Below are positions 1-8,195 of a stretch of 64,000 nucleotides of DNA, piece by piece. Both the position numbers and the translations under genes were made by a program. The notes below the pieces were generated by a model, which did not search any database, was not told the origin of the DNA, and was given only the letters and a program-made list of their open reading frames with translations. Source of the stretch: a virus; IMG/VR virus record IMGVR_UViG_3300027896_000011, positions 32,001 to 96,000 of that record, one strand, 5' to 3'. The number at the start of each line of letters is the position of its first letter. The first letter of the stretch is position 1.

Positions 1-794
1 GAGAATATGTGTAGATGCCATGCTGTAGTGCCGAAGTTAGTTTCTACCTCAGATATAGTTCCGGTAATGCCAAACCGTAGTAATAGGTGCTTTACGTCTC
101 GAATTAGGTTATAGCTAGCACTACACCAGGACACAGTGCCTTTTCCTACCGTACCATCTGTATCTGTATATGCAGATAAGAAAGCCTTAATAGCGGTATC
201 GTGGCTTCGAAATAAGACATCTGGTACGTGCTTATCCGGTCCTTTTTGACCATGACAGCCTACCCTCTTTAGTAGGTCTAGTATTGTATTTCTGCTAGTA
301 GATTTACCAATTATTCTGTACTGTATGTCTTTACACCCATCAGGTTGGTGTAATACTGCTCCTAGTGCCTCTACGTTATCGTATAGATCACCTATTACAT
401 CCTTGTCTTCGTTTGTGAACTGCACTTCATTTCTAGTATAGTTACCGTCTCCTATTAGATAACCTAGTACTGTAGCTTCTGCGGTACTTAGTGAGTCAAC
501 TGCGGGAGTAATTGATGGTAGTTTTCTTGCTATGCCTATATATGCTCCGACAGATAACTCCCCGGCAGCTTTGAAAGCCATATTGGGTATCATCAGAGGG
601 TGGTCTTCCCCTACTTCAATGGTATGGCCACTTTTAGTTGTTATTCTTACTGCATTCTTTATGCCTGCATATGTACCTGAGCACGGACCCCAAGTTAGTT
701 TGTGCCCTTTTGTGACAGGCACGGAGTCTGGAGGTGTTTCAATGGGAATTAGGCTACCATCTTGAGCCATTACCCGTTGACCAGCTACCACACA
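1..794 (-). mobile_element. Intein with LAGLIDADG endonuclease in the DnaB P-loop (partial)
   Basis: Starts CVVAGQRVMAQDG after GRPK; block B TTKSGHTIEVGEDHPL; LAGLIDADG motifs VLGYLIGDG and FLSAYTDTDG. Confidence 0.9.
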
Positions 795-1358
795 TTTTGG
801 CCTGCCATAAAAGATGATGTATTCGCCGTCTTGCATCCCTCTAGTTTCATCGTTTAATACTTTCCAGGGGTATGGTATTCCTTTGAGTACTCCTCGATTT
901 TTATTTTCCTCGTAGAGATACCGCACAGATTCAATAGATTCAGATACAACAATATCTGTACTTCCTCTACGTTGTTTACCTAGTTCTTTTACTTCCCGTT
1001 CAATATGAGCAATTGCTTCGTCAGGTCTATCTTTCCAATCCTCAATATATGCGGATAGTTTTAAGAGTCTAGAGGATGCATTATGTTTTTGAAAGTCCTC
1101 TATTGTTGAGGACATTTTCATTCTATCTACTGCCGGGAGATCTATTGTAGGAAAATCCGCTTCAATCTGTTCTCGAGTAGGTATGTCTCCGCCAGTTTTT
1201 ACGGCATGATAGAACTTTAACATATGGTCGAAGAGCATACGTGCATCTGAGTCAGTGAGGTGGTCTATACGTATACCGGCATCTATTACGGCCCTCATAC
1301 CGGTAGGACCGACGTCAGCTATTTTCGCTATTAACTTCAGATCTCTATTGGCAGCCAT
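1..1358 (-). CDS. dnaB: DnaB-like replicative helicase, intein-containing, runs off the window start
   Basis: Not in the ORF track; translated by hand from ATG 1358 (RBS AAGGGG): MAANRDLKLIAKI...GIPYPWKVLNDETRGMQDGEYIIFYGRPK, the DnaB pre-Walker A/Walker A context, then an intein. Confidence 0.85.
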   Translation of the reverse strand, partial: MAANRDLKLIAKIADVGPTGMRAVIDAGIRIDHLTDSDARMLFDHMLKFYHAVKTGGDIPTREQIEADFPTIDLPAVDRMKMSSTIEDFQKHNASSRLLKLSAYIEDWKDRPDEAIAHIEREVKELGKQRRGSTDIVVSESIESVRYLYEENKNRGVLKGIPYPWKVLNDETRGMQDGEYIIFYGRPKCVVAGQRVMAQDGSLIPIETPPDSVPVTKGHKLTWGPCSGTYAGIKNAVRITTKSGHTIEVGEDHPLMIPNMAFKAAGELSVGAYIGIARKLPSITPAVDSLSTAEATVLGYLIGDGNYTRNEVQFTNEDKDVIGDLYDNVEALGAVLHQPDGCKDIQYRIIGKSTSRNTILDLLKRVGCHGQKGPDKHVPDVLFRSHDTAIKAFLSAYTDTDGTVGKGTVSWCSASYNLIRDVKHLLLRFGITGTISEVETNFGTTAWHLHIF

Positions 1359-1368
1359 AGTACCCCTT

Positions 1369-1677
1369 TCACAGTTGACGAATAGATACAATTCCTCCTT
1401 TTGTGAAGATACGAGGGCTGTTCTTTGTTTTTTCGACTATGCAAATGCAATATCGATCTGTCCATTTCAATATACCGTCGTAGTTGAGGTCCAAAATTGT
1501 TTCTATTCTTACTTCTTTACCGTACCAACCTTTAATCTCACTGTGCCAGTTTTCATGCACATTAATGGAGTCCTTAAGTGCACTGACTTCTTTTTGTAAG
1601 TTGAAAACTGCTGATGCAAGTTGTACGTTGTCTATAATGCCACTGTCTCTACGAAAGGTTTCATGTGGTGGTCGCAT
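1369..1677 (-). CDS. Putative Hfq/Sm-like (LSm) fold protein
   Basis: EVRIETILDLNYDGILKWTDRYCICI...RIFTKGGIVSI aligns by eye with the Hfq Sm1/Sm2 pattern (V-x-I...G-x-I-x-x-F-D-x-F...YKHAIST). Confidence 0.55.
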   Translation of the reverse strand: MRPPHETFRRDSGIIDNVQLASAVFNLQKEVSALKDSINVHENWHSEIKGWYGKEVRIETILDLNYDGILKWTDRYCICIVEKTKNSPRIFTKGGIVSIRQL

Positions 1678-1693
1678 AGTTTCCTTGAAAAAT

Positions 1694-1739
1694 ATAAGGA
1701 ACTAAGACTACATCGGTAGACGTAGCCTTAGTTCCTTAT
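1694..1739 (-). terminator. Intrinsic terminator after the DUF932 gene
   Basis: Stem ATAAGGAACTAAG/CTTAGTTCCTTAT, followed on the minus strand by ATTTTT. Confidence 0.7.
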
Positions 1740-1746
1740 TGTGTGG

Positions 1747-2895
1747 TTATTGCGCTACTGCAGCCAATGCAGTGAGCTTAGGTGCCATTGAAATAAATCG
1801 TCCAGCCATATCTTCAATATTCACACGCTTATCCATATCTTCATTGATATCTTTTGCTGCACGAGTAATAGCCTGTAGCACTCCGTACATGTTATCTAAT
1901 GGTTCAAGTTTGAATGCATCTTGTGCTGACTTAATGAATGTTTTACTAGCTTCTAGCTTAATCAGTTGAGCTTCAATTTCTTTTTCGGCGTTATTTACAG
2001 GAATGCTACTCAATAGTTTTAGCTTATTCCCGGTGGATACCCATTTCTTATCTATACCCGCAAATACATCATTTAATTGTCGGTCAAGCAATGCTTCCTC
2101 AATAGGACGATGTTGTCGGTATAGAAGTCGGCTCTCGCCAACACTAATAATTGCCCCATTCAAACAAACTAACCGGAAGCTGAATTCATCGATAATTACT
2201 GCGGTATACCCAACTTCAGAATTACGCATGGTTAACCCTGGATACACTAGGTCAGATGCAGGAAGCTTTCCTTCCCTTTCTGCAATATCATATATGCGTC
2301 GGACATCTGGATTAGCATGTCCACGATCAAGAGGACCTAGGTCTATTGGGTTCTTAGCTACTAATGTGTAATAGTTGCAGTGGTCATTGCCCCATTGCTC
2401 ATGCTTATTGAAGTGCCCCTTCATAAATCCGAGATTGGATAGTTCGCTGCTGAATCTACGTTCACATCGATCAAATATCTTTTCGTCATCGATGGGTTCG
2501 TATGTAGGAGACAATACAGCGCGAAGGTATCCATCTGCTTCTTTCAATCCAGGAGCACCAGGACGATATTTTTTAGTCCTGAGTTTCTTACTCTCACCAC
2601 TATGGGTGAACCTACGTTGTAGCTCTTCTTGAATTTGAGCATGGTTCACCCACTTAGTATTGAACCACTTATCCCAATGAATCCCCAAAGATTGCCCGAG
2701 TTGGAATTTAGCCCAATTAGTTATGCTGTAAGTACCGATGCCAGGAATATCCATGTTCAGCTTTTCATCAATCTGAACATCAGACATCTTTATTACTACA
2801 TCTTGATTTTTTAGATCGTGCTCTTCTGCTACTTCTTGTCTGACTGTTTCAAACTTGATCAGTTTCTTCGTGTCCTCTAATCTCAGTCCGTTCAT
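1747..2895 (-). CDS. DUF932-family phage/plasmid protein
   Basis: MRNSEVG...FRLVCLNG signature and a C-terminal NMYGVLQAIT helix. Confidence 0.75.
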   Translation of the reverse strand: MNGLRLEDTKKLIKFETVRQEVAEEHDLKNQDVVIKMSDVQIDEKLNMDIPGIGTYSITNWAKFQLGQSLGIHWDKWFNTKWVNHAQIQEELQRRFTHSGESKKLRTKKYRPGAPGLKEADGYLRAVLSPTYEPIDDEKIFDRCERRFSSELSNLGFMKGHFNKHEQWGNDHCNYYTLVAKNPIDLGPLDRGHANPDVRRIYDIAEREGKLPASDLVYPGLTMRNSEVGYTAVIIDEFSFRLVCLNGAIISVGESRLLYRQHRPIEEALLDRQLNDVFAGIDKKWVSTGNKLKLLSSIPVNNAEKEIEAQLIKLEASKTFIKSAQDAFKLEPLDNMYGVLQAITRAAKDINEDMDKRVNIEDMAGRFISMAPKLTALAAVAQ

Positions 2896-3181
2896 TGTTT
2901 TTCTCCGTCGTTTGAGTACGTTGAACCATAAAGTGTCTAGGTATTAAATCGAATTCCATTGATTCTAGTAGTTCTTTAAGTGTTGTGAGTGTTTCTTCAG
3001 ACCAGTTTTTAGGATTGGCAGTGCATTTACCGTGTGTATGTACGATCTTTTTTGTAACTTCGTCGTATTGAGCTAGTGCATATACAGCGTGAAGTAATAT
3101 TCCGGTGTCCGGAAAGTTGGTAACGGAAAGTTCTGTTACTTGCAAAGCGTTTACCTTACTTTCTGCATCGCAGACTCTCAT
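2849..3181 (-). CDS. Hypothetical protein
   Basis: 110-aa ORF tightly packed in the minus-strand operon. Confidence 0.6.
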   Translation of the reverse strand: MRVCDAESKVNALQVTELSVTNFPDTGILLHAVYALAQYDEVTKKIVHTHGKCTANPKNWSEETLTTLKELLESMEFDLIPRHFMVQRTQTTEKNNERTEIRGHEETDQV

Positions 3182-3184
3182 AGG

Positions 3185-3550
3185 TTACCTTTTTGCGAAG
3201 TCTTGAAGGTAAGCGCCCATTTCTTCTGCACCCTCTTTTGCTTTACCTTCTGCTACGATAGCTGCTTGATCAATAGATGCCAGTATGGAGTGTATGTCTT
3301 GATTACACGCCACACTTACGGTTACGGTAGATTCAACGGTTAGTCCTGCGTCTCGAGTACTGAACCAGTTTTTGAATCCACGAGTGACACTTACGTTACC
3401 ACGTCCATCTCCTATGTCAAATGGGAATTCTATATTGTCGTCTAGATTTTTGCTGTCTCTAATTCTGCCGCCATCGGTACGTATTTTTTGTGTAGCTTCG
3501 CCTCGAATGGTAGCGCTAGCAGGCACACCTGGTACAAGTTGTTTGGTCAT
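3185..3550 (-). CDS. Hypothetical protein
   Basis: 121-aa ORF in the operon. Confidence 0.65.
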   Translation of the reverse strand: MTKQLVPGVPASATIRGEATQKIRTDGGRIRDSKNLDDNIEFPFDIGDGRGNVSVTRGFKNWFSTRDAGLTVESTVTVSVACNQDIHSILASIDQAAIVAEGKAKEGAEEMGAYLQDFAKR

Positions 3551-3556
3551 GCTTTT

Positions 3557-4051
3557 TTACTCCAATGGAAGTGCCGGAAGGGTGAAAGGTTTTGGGGTTC
3601 CTGGTATAGCTGATGGGGGTTGTGCTTTTTCATGATATGCCTGTCGTACGATGTCATTATCTACTTCCCCTTGTCGTACCATTTGTTCGAGCATAGGTTG
3701 GTTCAGCTCGTATATTATTTTTCGAGTCAGAACTAATTCTGCTTGACCTACGGGTAGGTGTTCAGACAAGAAATCTGTATCGTAATATCTTTCGGTTTTC
3801 TTTTGAGCGCCTATACCTTCGTAAACCAGTTGTCTATGATCAGATCTTTGTAGTTCTGATTTTACATCACGAATAGCTACGTCTAGTAGTTCATTCCTAT
3901 GTTTTACTAGGGCATAAAACTCTTCAAGTACTGGGCGTACATTTAAATCTTTTAAGAAGGCTACTAACTCTTCATTAGCCTCTTTGTATTTTTTAGCGTT
4001 TCTTTTTGCTGTTGTTTCTGGTGGTGCTTCAATCGGTTCTGTCTTCTTCAT
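3557..4051 (-). CDS. Hypothetical protein
   Basis: 164-aa ORF overlapping the end of the UDG gene. Confidence 0.65.
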   Translation of the reverse strand: MKKTEPIEAPPETTAKRNAKKYKEANEELVAFLKDLNVRPVLEEFYALVKHRNELLDVAIRDVKSELQRSDHRQLVYEGIGAQKKTERYYDTDFLSEHLPVGQAELVLTRKIIYELNQPMLEQMVRQGEVDNDIVRQAYHEKAQPPSAIPGTPKPFTLPALPLE

Positions 4052-4790
4052 CTAGTTCTTCCTCAAAATCTTGATCTTGTTGTTTTTGCTGTTCTACATC
4101 TGGAGGCAGAATTCCGTAGTATTTTTCTCGTAAGAAATCTAGAGCATTACAAATAGTGCCAAAGTCTTCTTCAGTTGGTCGCCAAGGACCTGTGGATTGT
4201 GTTCTATTTGAACTAGAAGCAAGTGATGCTAAGTCATGCATTGGAAATACTGCGTATCTTAATTCTGTACGTCTTCCCGGTAAGTGCATGACTTGTACTT
4301 CACCACGGGTTCTAGCTGTAACTGTTCCTTTACCGGTCAATGCTTGTAGTGCAATACGACCGAATGTTACTATGAGTAGAGGGTCTATAATATAGATCGT
4401 CTCTAATAGTCTCTCCCTACAGGCAATTCGTTCTATTTTGTTAGGCTCTCTGTATGACATAAACTTTTTACCTGTACGTTCGTCTTCTTTTTCAATTTGC
4501 GGATAACAACAAACAATGTTGGTAAGGTAAATGTCATTCTTTAGACTTAACTTTGCCCCTTGAAGAAATTGATGGAGTACTATCCCAGCATCACCTCTAA
4601 AAGGTCTACCAGAAATATCTTCTTCTTTTCCAGGGCCTCCCCCTACAAACAGTAAATCTGCATTAGGATTACCTTCTCCAAATACAACGTTTTTTCTGGT
4701 TTTGTGTAGAGGGCATTTTTCGCATACAGACCATTTATCCTCTAGTTCTTTGAGTGCTTTTTCTTTGTTCATGCTGTGCCCATACTCCAC
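4029..4790 (-). CDS. Uracil-DNA glycosylase family 4-like Fe-S protein with divergent motifs
   Basis: CEKCPLHKTRKNVVFGEGNPNADLLFVGGGPGKEEDISGRPF, YLTNIVCC, EPNKIERIAC, IVTFGRIA; start may be MNKEK at about 4772. Confidence 0.85.
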   Translation of the reverse strand: MEYGHSMNKEKALKELEDKWSVCEKCPLHKTRKNVVFGEGNPNADLLFVGGGPGKEEDISGRPFRGDAGIVLHQFLQGAKLSLKNDIYLTNIVCCYPQIEKEDERTGKKFMSYREPNKIERIACRERLLETIYIIDPLLIVTFGRIALQALTGKGTVTARTRGEVQVMHLPGRRTELRYAVFPMHDLASLASSSNRTQSTGPWRPTEEDFGTICNALDFLREKYYGILPPDVEQQKQQDQDFEEELDEEDRTD

Positions 4791-4806
4791 GTAATATGAC
4801 GCATCC

Positions 4807-4837
4807 GGTAGATTTCGGCACCGTGCCGAAATCTACC
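4807..4837. repeat. Perfect 15-bp inverted repeat with a 1-nt centre
   Basis: GGTAGATTTCGGCAC-C-GTGCCGAAATCTACC, intergenic. Confidence 0.9.
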
Positions 4838-4858
4838 AACTGCGTTATAAATCTTGAT

Positions 4859-5248
4859 CTAACTACTCTTTGGTAGTGATGTCGCCATCACTAATCCAGA
4901 ACTTTTAGCTCGAAGTTGTTGTTCCATGTCTTTACATGCATTCATGAGATGCTCTACTACGTCTCTTACATCCGGCTGAGCTTCTACGTCAATATACGTA
5001 GTAGCTTTTATATAGATATCTCCACCACTCATAGACAACGGGAATGGAAATATTTTGGTACTAGCAGAAATACTAGGACCTTCTGCGCTCATCAATGCAA
5101 ACAATTGGTGATGAAAAATTCTAGCATTTCTCAGAAAAATAAATTCTCCTCTATCCATACTACGAATGAGTATATCGTTATCCTCGTCAACAAATCCTAC
5201 ATACATGTGCTGTGAGTTACTGTTTCCGAGAATTACTAGTCTGCTCAT
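4859..5248 (-). CDS. Hypothetical protein
   Basis: 129-aa ORF; start overlaps the helicase stop (ATGA). Confidence 0.65.
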   Translation of the reverse strand: MSRLVILGNSNSQHMYVGFVDEDNDILIRSMDRGEFIFLRNARIFHHQLFALMSAEGPSISASTKIFPFPLSMSGGDIYIKATTYIDVEAQPDVRDVVEHLMNACKDMEQQLRAKSSGLVMATSLPKSS

Positions 5249-7683
5249 TTCTTGTATCTCTCCAGTTCATCAAATGGTCGAAGGATTGTGTATTCAAATG
5301 GACCGCCTTCATCAACAGGCCATTCATTAATAAGTTTCTTTAATTGCCTACACATTTTGTGGAATTTTGGAATGAATACATGGTCGAGTATTACTACTAC
5401 TGGATGATTACCACCTCCGCGATAACCAAGTATGCGTCCCATACCTTGTTGTAGAGTGTTCTTTCCCCCCATATCAATAGCGCCACTACCAAACGGAGTA
5501 AGAAAGAACACAGTATCTAACGTTTTCTCATCTAGTGCTTCTTTAACTAATTGAAGCGTTCCAAATGTTATTTGTTTAGCCTTTAGCGTTTCTATTCTAG
5601 CTGCAGGCTTTTCATCCCCAGTACACAATCCTGAATCTGGGAACATAAGATGAAGCGCTCTTAGTTGATCTACGCTATGACTTAGAGCAAGTATCTTACG
5701 TCCTTTGCTGACTGGTAATTGAAGCTTGTCAGCAATAAACTGATTGTTGGCCGGAAGAGTACCAAGATAAGTCCTCAATTTAGGTATATTGAGTTTACCT
5801 CGAGTATCGTATACCCTGCTTGCAACTTCAGGGTCTCTCAGGTCTATTGTGATTGGGACTTCTTGAAGATAGATACGCGGCTTCACATCTTGAGCTAAAT
5901 CCCGGAAGAAGACAGGACCAATATGATATTGGTAGATAGGCTCCAGTCCATCTTCTCTATTTACTGTAGCCGTCAGTCCATATCTATTTCCATAGAACAT
6001 AGGAGCTGTGTGTATGAAGAGTGGAGCACTTAAATGATGGCAGTTATGCACCACTAGCCCATTAACCAGGTACGTATGTGTGTCTTCTACTTCAAGGTTG
6101 TAGACATAACCGTCTGGACACACCTCTCCAAATTCCGAGTCACTTCCCTGTTCGTAAACCTCAACACTGTCCACCCGAAACCATTTAGTAGCTCGTCTTT
6201 TCTCGCATCTTGGTCCTTCCTGCCCCAATGGGACCGACCATCTACCTCCACATTTATCATTCTCGATGGGCAGGCTATGTCTAGTTTGTAGTGTGTTGGA
6301 TAGCCCCCCTTGTGACGAGGTTTGTGTGTAGGCACTATGTACTCCAGGCACCAACCTTTTTGCTGTAATTGTAGAGCATCGTACAAGATCTTCTGTACCG
6401 TTGGGACGGCTGATCCATTTCCACCCCGTACTGGTGGGCGTAAATCCATGCTCTTTAGCTTCTTTTGTGTAGCTTTTCTTATCTTCAGGTCGAACATAGG
6501 ATTGTTCTTTTTCATTCTCTCTGAGAGGATGTCGGATCTCTGTATATTCGTCCTGCGCATTGTTAATGAGGATATTTTTCGACGGTACTCCATAGAGCAT
6601 GTTTGTGAACAGTAGGCTCTCCCTGATTTTTTGTAGCGGTCTATCTTGCTTTTCTGAGCCAGTATTATGCCCTTTCGGCATGTAGTGCATATTGTAGATA
6701 TGTTGTTCATTTTTAGTTCCTTTTATGTAGTCCCCTGCCGTTAAATTACCTGCTTTAACCCACCCAGTAGCAGTTAGGAATGGGTGAGGAATGGTGCAGT
6801 AGTAGGCCGCACCTTCTACATTTATCTTAACAAGGCACTTTGTTTTTCTTCTTGTTACGCCGATTACTTTTTTATCGACAAATATGTGCGTGCCTTCGTC
6901 ATATGAAGGCACAATGTCCCCAGGCACTATCTTTTCTATGGGAACTCCCCCTATAGGAGTACCTGCGATAAAGCACTCATCATAATATACACCACCAAAG
7001 TACCGATCAAATTTCTCTGGTAATTGTTCATAGCGTATAGCTAGCGTGTTAATCATCGCTAGTACTATTCCTCTTTCTTTCCAGTCCCATTTAGATGGGT
7101 CACCTTGTACCACGCCAACGCCTCCTTCAACATCTAAAAATTTCTCAATACGCTCTTTCCATTGATCTATGAGGGTGGTGTTATTTACGATCACTATTGC
7201 TGGTACACCTTTGTCGGCAATAACTTGTAAAGCTATCTGGGTTTTGCCGCGCCCACAAGCTAGATTAAGTATTCCCCCATCTATTTCTGACATAGCTTTG
7301 TGGGCTCTACGTTGTACATTTTCTTCCGGACGAAGAAAATCCAATACAATTTTGCTTTTGAATTTGATCTTAGTGTATTTAGTAGGTCCTATATCTATGA
7401 TCTGAAAAGGAGCATCTTTATATTGGCTTCTTGGTATGAATTCTCGTGGAACAATTATATGCGTGGCATTTTCTTCCCAAAGTTGCATGAACTCAACCCC
7501 AGTATCTGTCATTACAGGAAACTCGAGTCCTGCTTTTATAGACCTGGGGTTGATATGCTTTTTAGGAATCCAGAGTTGTCTTCCATAGTACCCTTTATCT
7601 GGGTCTAATTTGACTAGTCGTAATTCTGTATTATTTGAGTCGGAACACTTGCCAGAATCGATACCATTCATAGAATCCTCCAC
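5245..7683 (-). CDS. Superfamily 2 DExH helicase, intein-containing (about 501 aa spliced)
   Basis: Walker A LACGRGKT; spliced Walker B YYDE/CHH; motif III GLTAT; motif VI QQGMGRILG. Confidence 0.9.
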   Translation of the reverse strand: MEDSMNGIDSGKCSDSNNTELRLVKLDPDKGYYGRQLWIPKKHINPRSIKAGLEFPVMTDTGVEFMQLWEENATHIIVPREFIPRSQYKDAPFQIIDIGPTKYTKIKFKSKIVLDFLRPEENVQRRAHKAMSEIDGGILNLACGRGKTQIALQVIADKGVPAIVIVNNTTLIDQWKERIEKFLDVEGGVGVVQGDPSKWDWKERGIVLAMINTLAIRYEQLPEKFDRYFGGVYYDECFIAGTPIGGVPIEKIVPGDIVPSYDEGTHIFVDKKVIGVTRRKTKCLVKINVEGAAYYCTIPHPFLTATGWVKAGNLTAGDYIKGTKNEQHIYNMHYMPKGHNTGSEKQDRPLQKIRESLLFTNMLYGVPSKNILINNAQDEYTEIRHPLRENEKEQSYVRPEDKKSYTKEAKEHGFTPTSTGWKWISRPNGTEDLVRCSTITAKRLVPGVHSAYTQTSSQGGLSNTLQTRHSLPIENDKCGGRWSVPLGQEGPRCEKRRATKWFRVDSVEVYEQGSDSEFGEVCPDGYVYNLEVEDTHTYLVNGLVVHNCHHLSAPLFIHTAPMFYGNRYGLTATVNREDGLEPIYQYHIGPVFFRDLAQDVKPRIYLQEVPITIDLRDPEVASRVYDTRGKLNIPKLRTYLGTLPANNQFIADKLQLPVSKGRKILALSHSVDQLRALHLMFPDSGLCTGDEKPAARIETLKAKQITFGTLQLVKEALDEKTLDTVFFLTPFGSGAIDMGGKNTLQQGMGRILGYRGGGNHPVVVILDHVFIPKFHKMCRQLKKLINEWPVDEGGPFEYTILRPFDELERYKK
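6043..6975 (-). mobile_element. Intein (311 aa) in the DExH motif, with no in-frame endonuclease
   Basis: DE|CFIAGT...CTIPHPF...VYNLEVEDTHTYLVNGLVVHN|CHH. Confidence 0.9.
6087..6710 (-). CDS. Vsr/DUF559-like endonuclease nested in the +1 frame of the helicase intein
   Basis: YKLDIACP...VEVDGRSH...DARKDELLNGFGWTVLRFTNREV; N-terminal CxxC...YCSQTC zinc motif; RBS AAAGGA 7 nt before the ATG. Confidence 0.85.
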   Translation of the reverse strand: MNNISTICTTCRKGIILAQKSKIDRYKKSGRAYCSQTCSMEYRRKISSLTMRRTNIQRSDILSERMKKNNPMFDLKIRKATQKKLKSMDLRPPVRGGNGSAVPTVQKILYDALQLQQKGWCLEYIVPTHKPRHKGGYPTHYKLDIACPSRMINVEVDGRSHWGRKDQDARKDELLNGFGWTVLRFTNREVTRNLERCVQTVMSTTLK

Positions 7684-8047
7684 GGGCTGCCCCAGCTACT
7701 CCATCTTTTAAGAATCTAGTGATGGGGTTATCTGTTTCGCTTATAGGACCTGGAGCCCAGTTTGCGGATTCTACTCCACTACCTTGCGGTCTGTAGGGAG
7801 CAGTATACGCTCCTTGTGGGCGATAGGATGAATACGTTCTATTGGCGCTGGCCGAAGGAAATGACGATGTATAGGCAGATGCTACTCTAGGAGGTCCCAT
7901 AGCTGCGGCAGATGCTCTAGAAATCTCTGTTCTACAAGTATGTTGAAAACTACAAGCAGAGCAGTCCGCATCTCGGGTATCATAAGAGTCTGCATCCCCC
8001 CAGCAAGCTGGCCTTTCATTTACATTGACGCGATCAGCATAACTCAT
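7631..8047 (-). CDS. Hypothetical protein with an N-terminal Cys cluster
   Basis: CWG...CSACSFQHTC; first gene after promoter P1; RBS AAAGGA. Confidence 0.65.
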   Translation of the reverse strand: MSYADRVNVNERPACWGDADSYDTRDADCSACSFQHTCRTEISRASAAAMGPPRVASAYTSSFPSASANRTYSSYRPQGAYTAPYRPQGSGVESANWAPGPISETDNPITRFLKDGVAGAARGGFYEWYRFWQVFRLK

Positions 8048-8097
8048 TCAAATTTGGTTCCTTTCTGTTGGCGAATTAGGGGGTGTTAAGTTAAATG

Positions 8098-8127
8098 CTT
8101 ATACCCGCAATTTACAGTTATTTGCAC
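8098..8127 (-). promoter_or_regulatory. Phage-specific promoter P1
   Basis: GTGCAA-N18-TATAAG; the motif recurs at five sites. Confidence 0.7.
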
Positions 8128-8143
8128 ATCCTTATAGTCTTTG

Positions 8144-8173
8144 TTGACATACCTTGTAATAGGAACGTACTAT
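8144..8173 (+). promoter_or_regulatory. Sigma70-like promoter for the rightward structural operon
   Basis: TTGACA-N18-TACTAT upstream of 8196. Confidence 0.55.
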
Positions 8174-8195
8174 CATAGGAAATACGGAGACCCTT

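Noticed and set aside
6043-6975. Group I intron or frameshift error explaining the nested nuclease
   Set aside because: The host frame is uninterrupted with canonical intein ends (C...HN|C), and the nested ORF has its own RBS, start and stop.
532-7608. Plus-strand short ORFs over the replication operon, and minus-strand ORFs over structural genes elsewhere
   Set aside because: Antisense to well-supported genes, with no motifs or RBS.
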